This document shows, in pieces, positions 11,813-22,285 of a stretch of DNA of 64,000 nucleotides (positions within the stretch are counted from its first letter, which is position 1; each line of letters opens with the position of its first letter). The notes beneath the pieces were generated by a model. The model saw nothing but the letters and a program-made list of their open reading frames with translations. It made no database searches and was not told the origin of the DNA. Made by a program: the position numbers and the translations under genes. Source of the DNA: Lama glama (taxonomy: Eukaryota). The stretch spans positions 67,580,001-67,644,000 of the forward strand of contig CM052827.1 in assembly GCA_028534125.1 (NCBI GenBank), read 5' to 3'.

Positions 11813-13859
11813 AGCCATCAATCCCTTATCCCCTATGCAACTAAAATAGTGAACATGCCTTATGAGGACCCGATAAATTAGCCCAAGACAGAGTTCCTTG
11901 CAGCTGTCTTTGGAAACCGATCATCAGGCTTTTGGCCAGGTGGGTCACTGGGTCTGACCCAAGTTGAGAGAACTACTTAGAAACACTCATAACCAACCAA
12001 AGAGGCTTCTTAATAATACAAAGTCTGGTTTCTCTGGTTTGCTAAGTGAAATAAACAGATTAATAAATGTATGAAAAGCTGCTTGTGAGACGCGAAGTCC
12101 CCAGCGACTCGTCTTTGCTGGCTTTTGAAAGGAGAGAAAAGCACGGCAGGGTCCTACTCAGGCAGCGCCACTCGCGGGCTCTGGCTGCCACAGCACTGTG
12201 TCCAGCTGGCTCGTCCTTCCAGTGTGCGTGTGTGTGCGCGCATGTGCTTCCAGACAGCTCTTCCAAATATTTTAGAAACATTTTATCTCATCATCAATGA
12301 AAACCATTAAAATACACCAAGCACGCAGCGTGCTAGACATTGTCCCGAGTGCTTCGTGCGCGCTGACTCACTGGGTCCACACAGCAGTGCTGTAAGGTCG
12401 ACACTCATTAACTCCACTTCACAGACGCAGACGCAAAGGCACACCGGTGGGAAGCGAGCTGCCCGTGAGACGGTTCCAGCAGCGTGAACTCTGGCCACCA
12501 GACTGCAGCTTCTCAGGTCCAGTGACAGAGAGCAGGCAGTGGAACTGTTGGTACGAGGCTCTGTTTACACACAGGAAGTTAATTTGATTTCACACAATTA
12601 GATTTTAGCAGCTAAGGCTTAGCATGAGTAGCGTTAACTTACTCCCCCAAAACAAATGCCATCGGTCTGATTCACTGCCACGGAGCACACGTGTTACTCA
12701 CTGTGTCCTCAGCTCTGGCTGGTGGGAGAGCTGAGGCCATACTTGGTGTGTATCCTTGCGCTAATGTTGTCCTGTAAATAACAGAATCACTGATTACAAT
12801 ATTTCAAAGCGTGTCTACCTTTTCCAGGCTGAGTCTGAGTTCCTTCCTACTGCTCCAGCCACAGGCTTTCTCGGGCACCACTGGCTTGAACTGTGGTCGT
12901 GGGGGGTGAGGAGATTCCTGGGCTCGATTGTCCACGAGTTGCGCTGGCTCATAAAAGCTCTAGTACTTTACAAGGGGTCAAAGGTATAAAATACACATAA
13001 AGGCTTTCAAATGGCAGTTCATGTCTTGGTTAACATTCGCTCCACCAAACTGAGCTCACATTGGGTAAGATATTAGAACAAATCTGAATGGGAAGGAAGG
13101 AAGGAAGGAAGGCCAAACAGGACACCAGAATACAAGTCTGGAGGGGAGGGGGCGTGTAGAGGCGCCCGCAGGGCTGGGAACGGTAGTTTCCTTAACTTCC
13201 TTCATTCCTCCTTTCTTCTAAGCAGCTTCTTCCCTGTCAAAGTGGGTTCTTTCTCTCCATGGACCACAAATACCCGACTCGCCCCAGCCCAGACGGTGGA
13301 GTACAGGGGCCTGCCAGCAGCGGAAGAAAGAGACCCAGTGAAAACAAAGGTCAGGGCGACGCAGGCACCGGAGCCGCCTGGGCTGGCAGCCGCGCGAGAG
13401 TCATGTCTGAAACGTCGCGCTGGAAAGTCACACCTGCCCGGAGGGCCCGGCAGACGTGACCGTGCCCGGGTGCACCCGCCTTTCTGGACCTGGCGAATGT
13501 CACTCTCCACCACATTTACTCTGCGTCACGTGACCCAGACGGAGCTTTCTCATCTCTAAGTAAACGACCGTGAGCCAGGACGGCCACGCCGCCACGAACA
13601 GCCGGCGAGGGAAAATAATTCCCTCACCTCGGGGCCTGGCCCTTTCACCGCCGCCAGGCAGCCTCACAGAGGAAGCAAGTCGGAACGCTGAGGGCAGATG
13701 CAGAGACACGTCAAACCCTTTCTCTAACACTAAGGAGCGAAGGAGGATCCTAGCTTGGGGCAGATTTATGTCACCGGATGTCAACACGTTGCAAAACCTC
13801 CTTTGGAACTGCTGACAGGGCACCAGACACCTGCCGCGGGGTTTGGGGGACGAGCCGAG

Positions 13860-14145
13860 CTCTGGTTTTAGGCACGCCTGAGTCTGTGACTAGTGTCTGC
13901 GCCCTGTGAAGTGGAACCAGAGGCAAGTTAGCCTCTCTGAGTCACGGTTCGTTTATCTCTTTGATGGGGGCAATGCCTTTCTCGTAGAGGTCNNNNNNNN
14001 NNNNNNNNNNNNNNNNNNNNNNNNNNNNNNNNNNNNNNNNNNNNNNNNNNNNNNNNNNNNNNNNNNNNNNNNNNNNNNNNNNNNNNNNNNNNTACTGAGG
14101 CGTCGTTTATCTCTAGGGAGCTGCAGGCACCATGCTGCCACAGTC
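13860..14145 (+). mobile_element. Degenerate MIR spanning the 100-N gap
   Basis: ggcaagttagcctctctgagtcacggttcgtttatctctttgatgggg...ctcgtagaggtc[N]tactgagg resembles the MIR core. Confidence 0.55.
13993..14092. other. Assembly gap (100 N)
   Basis: Run of N. Confidence 1.
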
Positions 14146-14338
14146 TGCACACGTCCTGGGGCAGAGGGCAGGGGGCTCAGTCACCATCTTCAGCAAGATG
14201 GAGGGGACCAGCTGCTTTCACCACAACCAACGCCAGATCCAGAGCCAGCAGGCCTAACCTGCAGGGGAAGTTGAGTTAAACCCTCGGGGATACATCTCAG
14301 AGAGGTCTTCATCCAGGCAGGACTTGACTTCAAAGAGC

Positions 14339-14465
14339 TGTGTGTAAAGTAAAATGTGTCCCAGCCCTCCTTGGGCCTAGATGTGGCCAAGTGACCGAAT
14401 TCTAGCCAGAAGGGTGGAATGAAAGCGAAGCGTGTGGTTCCTGGAGCGGCCCGCAAGGAGATGGG
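14339..14465. repeat. Left arm of a ~128-bp inverted duplication (partner 15540-15667)
   Basis: Manual alignment to the reverse complement of 15540-15667 gives 14 substitutions and 1 indel in 128 columns (~88%). Confidence 0.95.
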
Positions 14466-15144
14466 ACGTGTTTTGCTTTATTTTATTTTATTTACACACA
14501 TTTTACGTGGCTACTATGCATAGTTTTCCAGGGGCAAAGTGAAGATCACGTTTCTTTACAGCAGGTACACGATTTGCCTTAGCACCCGGGTGATCCCTTT
14601 GGGCAGGTCTCCCCGGAAACTACTCCAGCCGCTCCGCACAGCAAGCTGTTTGCAGTTCCCCGGGGGCATCCCGACAAGGCTCAGAGTGAGCAGGTCGCCC
14701 GGGCTGGGTGACCTCGAGCCGCTACCCCAGGCCCCGCCTGGAGGCTGGACGGTGCAGGGGGTCTGTCGAGCTGCCTGGGCTCGCGGAGGCCGCCCGCGGC
14801 CGAGCACCAGTGCGCACGTCATAGAGCAGCGGCAGGGCCTTCACGACCTCAGCCTCCTGTGAGGATGACGTGCAACTGGCTGTGATCCTATCAGCCTCCC
14901 TTCCTGGAGCTGCTGTGGTGACGCCCGTGGCACGGCCGCCGGCAGAAGCAAGCAGGGGGCACCACCAAAACCCCGACTCCTCCCCGCTAGGCCCGCAGGG
15001 GCTGGCGGCAGAGGCAGAAGCCGGCGGTGGTAGAGCCTCCGGTCGCCAGCACCCTCCTCTTCCCAGCTGTTGCTGAAGACAACCCTGCCCACATCTGTAT
15101 GTGCCTGTAAGTTGCTTGGATAGCCTCGTGTTATGTTTCCTTGT

Positions 15145-15273
15145 TATGTTTCTTCGGGGGGGAGGAATTAGATTTATCCATTTATCTGTCTATGTATTCA
15201 ATGAAGGTGCTGGGGATTGAACCCAAGAGTGCTGAGCATGCCCTCCCCCGCTGAGCTGTACACCCCCCACCCC
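15145..15273 (-). mobile_element. tRNA-derived camelid-type SINE, degenerate
   Basis: ggaggaattagatttat...ggtgctggggattgaaccca...gctgagctgtacacccc is the reverse complement of the 8208 family. Confidence 0.85.
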
Positions 15274-15339
15274 GTTACCATCCTGTTAAAATGTAGATTC
15301 TGACTTGATAGGTCTTTGGGTCCTGCCGCACATGCCAGA

Positions 15340-15690
15340 GCCCCATCGGCAGAGGTTCAGACAAAGCAGAGCTGATTCCTCCTTTCTGCAGTCCTGCTTC
15401 TCGGAGTTGCCGGGGCCCGGGCTTCTCCTGCCCCGCGGCTCGGGCGTGGCCGGTTTGCTGTCCTGCTCGGGACAGCATTTCCTGGACATGGCTCTGTCCC
15501 CGCGGGTTAACCAGCAGGCCTGGGGGAGGGGGCAGCCTGCCCATCTCCTTACGGGCCGCTCCAGAAATTGCACGCTTCACTTTCATTCCCACCGTTCTGG
15601 CTAGAATTTAGTCACTTGGCCACATCTAGACCCAAGGAAGGTTGGGACATATTTTATTTTACACACATTTTATTCTGTGTTCCCAGGTGT
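15340..15690. mobile_element. Old ERVL/MaLR LTR remnant (LTR33/MLT1J-like), containing the right arm (15540-15667) of the inverted duplication
   Basis: ctggctagaatttagtcacttggccacatctagacccaaggaaggttggga matches the ggccagaacttagtcacatggccacacctagctgcaagggaggctggga motif. Confidence 0.65.
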
Positions 15691-15779
15691 CCACTGAAAA
15701 CCCCGTGGCCCAGGAAGAGAGAATGCGTTAGGGGAGGCGAAGTCTCTGCCAGCTGGGAACGGAATAACAGCGGGCTGTT

Positions 15780-15968
15780 ACTGAGCGCTCACTCTCTGCC
15801 AGGCTCCGTGCCTTAAATCATTCCCCAAAATGCCACTGGTAGGCACTGCTATTATCCCCATTTACAGATAAAGAAACTGAGGCTTAGAGAGATTAAGTCA
15901 CTTGCTGTGGTTGTAAGACTGAGGCAGAGGCAGGATTCAGGTTGCGGCATTCACTCCAGAGCCTGGAG
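15780..15968 (-). mobile_element. MIR
   Basis: attatccccatttacagataaagaaactgaggcttagagagattaagtcacttgc core. Confidence 0.9.
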
Positions 15969-18864
15969 TCTTAGGATAAAGAACTGATGGTACAGTCAGT
16001 GGGCAGGACAGGGGCAGCTCCCAGCATCCGGGGTCCCACAGCAGCAGGGGCGGTGGGTCACGGGTCGGAGACGAAGCCTGCTGGGTGGACTGAGCTAGAC
16101 ACCTTACACGCTTCCACGAGCAAGTCCACGCTTACCTGGGACGATTTATACGCGATGTTCCCAGAGGCAGAGGTGCAGGCAGCACAGCTGTCCTCTGGCG
16201 TTTTAAGGTTGGCAAGTTAAGGGGCTTATTCCACTGCTGTTGTTGGCATGACTGCCCCCCAGGCTGGGCCGGACTTGGGGGGCGACAGCTGTGGCCTGCT
16301 GCCTTGCTGCCTCCTCCCCCTGCCGCCTGCTCGCGGCAAACACCGCTCTGAATACCTGGGGCACGTGTCCCAGAGGAGCCACCGCCGGCCACGCCCCGAC
16401 GGGGCCACTTCGTTGTGTCCCAGTCACAAGTTAGAGGACACTTGAAAACTGTTTTCCAGGGTACTTTTCTTACCCTTCTTTTCATGAAAGGGGCTTTTTG
16501 TTAGTGCAGCCTTTGTCTGAGGTTTCAGTTGATGAAGGGACCATTTTACTGGAACGAATTACTGACGTAAGTGCTGCCAGACGTCTTCGCGGGAGGACAG
16601 CCCCCTGGCTTCTGTTCAGCAAGGTGAATGGGACAGCCAGTGGGCGCTGGCGTCAAGGGCACTTCAGAGTCTGCTCCAACAGCAACTGAAGAGTTTAGCT
16701 GCTGGTTGAAGCCGAGCCCAGGGGAGGCAGTCAGAGAAAGTACTAGCAAAGCTGTTAATAAAACGTGACGTTCTCCTCAGTGGATGAAAAGTCTCAAGTA
16801 TCTGCACTGCTCCCCAGGACCTACGGAGAACGAGCTCTTTCTACCTCTTATTAAATTGCTAAATCTCCACTTAGCACTCTCAGCTCATCTTTCTGAACCT
16901 GAGAAAAAGCCGATCGATCATCTCTGCTGAGCCAGCTGAGTGTTGGTGGGAAAAAATCAGCCAAAAGTGAGCTAGCTGGTTCCCTCTGACTTTGTGGGAC
17001 TCGCACAGACGTGGAGCATTTAAAGACACTTTAAGATAATTGTCTTCAAATGTGCTCAAGGGAGTTTAGAAAAGGAGATGAAAATGCTAGCAAGCCAAAC
17101 TTGCACACTCCAACTTGTGTTTCCATGTCTCGAGCGTGTGGTGCCAACATAAATCTGTGAAGGCACGTGGGTTGGCAGTACATTTGGGCCCATATTTCAT
17201 CTGCTGTTCTGTTGAGACTCCAAGGCCCGGCTATTTAAAATCTGTTAGATGAATCAGCATTTCTTGGGACGCTTCTTTTAAAACAGGGCTGTTTGCAAGC
17301 AGCGGCAAGGAATATAGCCTTTGAACCAACTGACCGTGACCTCTGAAGGGTTCAAGGAAACCATCAAAGGCTGGTAAAGTCCACAGAAGTCTGGGTAAAG
17401 CAACGCCACCCCGCTGCTGTCTGATGGCATGCAGCACTGATCAGTTCTAGGTGACCGAGCCCCGAGCACTGATAAGGAAGCAGGTGCCGGGGTGGCTGCG
17501 GTGAGGCTGTGGGCCAGACACGGCTCCCACAGGCCTCCCCTCTGGCAACAAGGCGGGTTGTGGGTGTGCTGACACTCGTGCCCGTCAGCAACAACACGCA
17601 CCTGTTTTAAGGAAAGAAGCAAGCTTCCTAGTCCACAAAACCAGGATCCTAAGATCTGGCCTGTCTTTCTCACAAGCAAGACACTGTGCCATCCTTCCAC
17701 AAAGGCTGTGCCGATATCTGGTGGTGGCGTCGCCGGGCAGGGAGAATGGTGCTCGGTGTGGCTGGCGGGGCGGAGACGCGCCGGAGCGTTTACACGCAGA
17801 GCTCCTAAGTGCAGGGCCTCCCTGACGCTCCTCCCTAACTAGACGTATCCCCTCCCAGCCATGATTCGCGCACGGATTCTGTACACCTTCTCTGCCACAA
17901 TCGTTTGTATTTTTTGCCTAATTGATATTCTCTCCCACACTGTGTGGTAAACCGCCTTGTAGTCAGTGGCTGTGACTTTCTGCAACAGAGAATCAATCCC
18001 CCGTCCCCTGAAGTAGTGACGCACACAGTAGGTGCAACATCAATGCCAGCGGATGTACCCGTGGGTGCGGGGGGAAATGGGAGAGGCGTACACGGGAAAG
18101 AACTGGCCGACACCGAACACCTGCCACTGTCCTCCGACTTCTTACGCCCGGGCTTCTGTGAGCTGGTCTTCTTTCTACCTCACGTCTTCTAGGAGGAGAG
18201 GGCTTGGCCAGGATGCTGGAGCTGGGTGAGTCCCTAACTCAGCCGCAGTGGCCGCAGCCTTCCCGTCAGTGACAACGCCTCCGGAGGCGCTCAGGGGCCC
18301 TAGGGCAGGCAGCCCCCCACCTGCTGCCGGCCAGCAGCCCCAGGGGTCAGTCTGGGGGGGAGGAGCAAGGGTGCGAGCTCACCTCTTCGCGTTCTCCTTC
18401 AAGCTATGCTAAGATGTGGCGAGAGACCGCCCAGTGCTTCACTGAATGAGTCCAGTCTTGTAAGGAGAGGACACCACCTTCTCAACCAGAGGGCCAGACA
18501 GTCTCTTCTCCTGAAAGAGGCACTCCTGTAGAAAGGCCTGTAAGTACCTGCCGACGAACACCCGAACCGATGGAAGGGAAGTTTTTGATTTTCTGAGATG
18601 GATTCACTTTGTCAGCTAAAGAAGGAAAAAGCGTCACCTAAGAAGCACATTCTGCCCGCGTTTTCCTGGGCACACACCCTCCCCGCTGCAGGCACGCACG
18701 CGAGGACAGCCTGTCACTAAAACGAGCAGAGGCAGTCCGGATTGCAGCCCACTGAACTACGGGTCCTACTCTCTGTCCGCGACAGTGAAGAGGTCAAGTG
18801 ATGCAGCGACACTTGCTTTGACGGTGCGTTGCCTTCCACACGGCGATACACTGGGAGGTGCTAC

Positions 18865-19706
18865 TCATTAAGGCATTAAAAGCTTTATTTTGGTTGTAAT
18901 TAACTTTATTTTAAAATAACATTTTCTATTTATCGGCAACCCTACGGTGTTGACAGAAAGAGGTATCATATAATCACAACTCCAGACTGTGGGAGAACAG
19001 CTATTAGTTAGGAGAGCATTATTTTATTTTTTCTTGTTATTTATTCTTAAAAAACAAACAAACAAAACTCCCTCAATGATCTACACACCTTAACTGCATT
19101 CCAGGCCTTCAAGAGTGTAAAATCTGCAAAATGGGATTCTCAGAAGCAGTAGCACCAGTTAAATATGCTAAGAAGTGCCTGTTTGAGGTGCTTTAAATTA
19201 GAACAAAAAATAAATCGACATTTCAGCAAACCTAAATTTACACGATTGGACCTGATGTGTCGCCAGTGGTCTGAATTAAAGCAATATTGCACCAGTTAAG
19301 CAAAGTAAATCAAGACACCTCAAAAAAAAAAAGTGGCAGAGTAAGAAAATGTCAATTTAATCATGTACTTTAGCAGGCAAGCAATTTGTAAACATTTAGT
19401 AGCGGCAGCATCCAAGTTACAAACAATTTAAAAAGAAACCAAGATTAGTGATTACAATTTTTCCTTCCCTTTCCCCAAAAGAAAAAAAAAAAAGAGAGCG
19501 AGAAAAGATTTGGAAGTGAACGCCTTAAAACACTACAAACATTGAACATTCAGTGACGTCTTCTACCAGCTTCTACGCATCCTCTCTGTGTTTTACGTTC
19601 AAAGATGCACCTACTCCTAAAACGCATGTCTTGCGGTAACTGGCACGTGAGCGCCTGCAGTCCAGGAAGCTGCGCCCGCACGCGGGAGCGCGTGCGTCGT
19701 CTCGGG
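18865..19706 (-). other. LRRC8D: LRRC8D 3' UTR (3' end approximate)
   Basis: Repeat-free, mostly AT-rich sequence between the TAA stop and tandem AATAAA hexamers. Confidence 0.75.
18884..18910 (-). terminator. Tandem polyadenylation signals AATAAA (18910-18905 and 18889-18884)
   Basis: + strand tttatt at 18884-18889 and 18905-18910, at the end of the AT-rich UTR. GC-rich sequence resumes immediately beyond. Confidence 0.75.
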
Positions 19707-22283
19707 TTAAATCCCGTTTGCAAAGGGAACGTTTATGTCTTGATTCAATGCTTCTTTGACTTCCAGGGGCAGGGTGTCAAAAAGGTGATCTTCCACAACA
19801 AGCCCGCTTTTCTTGAGCAGGCGGCACTGGCCCAGCTGGGCTGGCAGGCGGTCCAAGCAGTTCCCCTTCAGCTCCAGCTGCGTGAGCTGGGAGAGCTGCC
19901 CGATCTTCTCTGGGAGGGACGTGATGCAGTTCTGCCCCAGGTTCAAAGTCCTCAACTTGACGCATTTGAACAACTGCTTTGGCAGAACGTCCACTTTGTT
20001 CCCCGTGACATGCAAATGCTGCAGGTTCTGAAGCAACCCTATTTCTACAGGAATCATGGAAATGTTGTTGTAGCTTACATCTAAACATCGGAGTTTCTGT
20101 AAACTGAACACTGCCACGGGTAAGGACTCGAGCTTGTTGTTAGAGAAGTAAAGTGACTCGAGGTTTTTGACGTGGGTGATGGAGGGAGGAATGGTGACAA
20201 TTTTATTATGCCACAATTTCAAGCAAGTCAGTCGTTTCAAATGCTGGAAACTGATGATTTCCTCAATTGTGCGGATGTTGTTTGACTTTAAATCTAGTTC
20301 CTGTAAGTTGGAGAGGCTGAAAATCGCATGTGGAATCCTCTCGAGCTCACAGCTCTGGAGTTCGAGCTCGGCCACGTTCATCATTTTCTTAAGGCTGTTC
20401 AGGACCAAGAGTTTCGTGCCGTCATTATGGATGACCAGCTTGGTAAGGTGTGGGGCCACGTCGGTAATGTTGGAGGGAACTTTGGTCAAGTTGCTCTTCA
20501 CGTGGAGGATCTTCAGGTGCCGCAGCTCCCGGAGGGATTCAAGCCCAATCATCTTGTTGTTTTCGGAGTTCAAGTTGCCGATCAAGTACAGCTCCCGGAG
20601 GTTTTTGAGCAGGTACACCCAGGCGGGGATTTCAGCCACATCCGTGAACTTCACGTGAAGGCATCGCAAGTGATCGCGGAGAAAGCTGAAAGCGGTCTGC
20701 TCCACTTTCGCAGGGCAGTGGCAGAGGTGAAGCTCTTGGAGGTTAGTCATCTGAGAAATCTTCGCAGGGATTTTCGCCTCTGGAATCAGCTCGAGCTTCA
20801 GCACGTCCAGGTCCGTGAGGTCAAAGACGGCGTCGGGCACCCCCGACAGCATGAACAGGTGCAGCTCCTGCCTGTCCTGCGCGTTGCGGGACACGTGCTG
20901 CCTCAGCTTCTCAAAGGTCCACTCGTGGTTCAGGCTGATTTCCCTGAGTTTGTTTTCACTGACTTCCGACAGGAACACGCCGAAACGCTTGGAATAGAGC
21001 TGGTCGTACTGGTCTACCATGTGCAGGAGGAACGCGAAGTCATTTTTGACGTCGGGGATGTCGCTGAAACTGCTCTCCTCTCGGACCTTCTCGAAGGAGT
21101 ACTCCTTCAGGGGAATGCGGAGCAGCCAGAAGAGGGTGTAGAGGCAGATGAAGCCATAGACGCAGATGATGGAGATGTAGCTGACGAGCAGCTTCCTCAG
21201 CATGTGGGCCATGTTGTGGGTGCACGCGAACTCCTCATAGCCCGTCAGGTGCTCCACTCTCGGCTTGCAGACGTGCTCGAAGCTGATGGCGTTGACAAAG
21301 TTCGCGGTGTAGCACAGGATGAAGATGAACTTGGCCGTTTTGACGACGGTCTGCACCACGTAGAGTTTGTAGATCAGGTCGCTGTCTTCCACGTGCGCGC
21401 GGAACTTCCTCACCTTCTCAAACAGGGCTTTGGCCTGTTCCCCGTCCTTTTTGTCCAGAATGGTCATGCTGGGGACTTCGATCACCGGCTTCTCGGCTGA
21501 AAACTTCAAGCCCGCCTTGCTGATCATCGGGGTGCTGGCGCTGGGGCTCCCCTCGTCGCTGCTGGTGGACACGTGCTTGGGCAGGGCCTGGGCACCGGCC
21601 ATCCTCTGCTTGTTCTCCTCCGAGTCCTCGCACGCCGTCTCTGACAGCGCCTTGGTCGTCCAGGGGGACTCGAAGCACTTGCCCAGTATGGAGACAAAGT
21701 GCTCCACCTTCGAGCACGTCTTGGGGTACTTGAGCCAGAAGTTGCTGCTGACCATGAGAATGAGCGTGTGGATCAGCGCAAGGTACGGGAAGTACTTGGA
21801 GTACCAGGGGAGCGCCAGGTGGTAGCACATCTGGTTAATGAACACGTACTGCTGGAAGTCCAGGTTTGTTTTTCGGCCTGCGGGATCCTTCTCCTCTTTC
21901 TTCACCTCCTGATCGGGAGCTGCGGCATCTGTGTGAGGATACGTGGCTCTGAGAGGCATGTCGGGCGTCACAGCAGATGTGCCGAAGGAAGTCTCCTTCG
22001 CCGTCCGCCCGTCTCGGTCTTGCTCCGTGGCTGGTTCCGCCCTCGGGATGTGGGTGGTGACGTCGGCACTTCCCGGGGGCGTGTGTGCCTTTGAATTTAT
22101 AGGAGACGGCAGCACCGGCAAGCAGACCACCTGATCTTTGGTAAGCTGCATGGTTCCCGCAAAGATGGCTACCATCAGCATGACGACAGCCAGGTAATCC
22201 ATAAACACGTCCCACCATGGTTTCAGGATCCGGTAAGTCGGCTGGATGTCATTGAGCGAAGCAACCTCCGCAAGGGTGAACAT
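19707..22283 (-). CDS. LRRC8D: Leucine-rich repeat-containing protein 8D (VRAC/VSOAC subunit SWELL4), complete CDS in one exon, 858 aa
   Basis: 858-aa ORF starting MFTLAEVASLNDIQPTYRILKPWWDVF. It has the LRRC8/pannexin-like 4-TM domain, the long LRRC8D-specific extracellular loop 1, LDFQQY (F143 constriction residue), a C-terminal LRR array, and ends ...VPFANGI. Length equals that of human LRRC8D as I recall it. Confidence 0.99.
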   Translation of the reverse strand: MFTLAEVASLNDIQPTYRILKPWWDVFMDYLAVVMLMVAIFAGTMQLTKDQVVCLPVLPSPINSKAHTPPGSADVTTHIPRAEPATEQDRDGRTAKETSFGTSAVTPDMPLRATYPHTDAAAPDQEVKKEEKDPAGRKTNLDFQQYVFINQMCYHLALPWYSKYFPYLALIHTLILMVSSNFWLKYPKTCSKVEHFVSILGKCFESPWTTKALSETACEDSEENKQRMAGAQALPKHVSTSSDEGSPSASTPMISKAGLKFSAEKPVIEVPSMTILDKKDGEQAKALFEKVRKFRAHVEDSDLIYKLYVVQTVVKTAKFIFILCYTANFVNAISFEHVCKPRVEHLTGYEEFACTHNMAHMLRKLLVSYISIICVYGFICLYTLFWLLRIPLKEYSFEKVREESSFSDIPDVKNDFAFLLHMVDQYDQLYSKRFGVFLSEVSENKLREISLNHEWTFEKLRQHVSRNAQDRQELHLFMLSGVPDAVFDLTDLDVLKLELIPEAKIPAKISQMTNLQELHLCHCPAKVEQTAFSFLRDHLRCLHVKFTDVAEIPAWVYLLKNLRELYLIGNLNSENNKMIGLESLRELRHLKILHVKSNLTKVPSNITDVAPHLTKLVIHNDGTKLLVLNSLKKMMNVAELELQSCELERIPHAIFSLSNLQELDLKSNNIRTIEEIISFQHLKRLTCLKLWHNKIVTIPPSITHVKNLESLYFSNNKLESLPVAVFSLQKLRCLDVSYNNISMIPVEIGLLQNLQHLHVTGNKVDVLPKQLFKCVKLRTLNLGQNCITSLPEKIGQLSQLTQLELKGNCLDRLPAQLGQCRLLKKSGLVVEDHLFDTLPLEVKEALNQDINVPFANGI

Positions 22284-22285
22284 TC

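Noticed and set aside
20328-21500. 390-aa antisense ORF overlapping LRRC8D (also 19605-20084 and 21699-22094)
   Set aside because: Exactly in the mirror frame of the LRRC8D codons. It stays open only because TTA/CTA/TCA codons are absent under strong GC3 bias. Non-ATG start and no recognisable protein.
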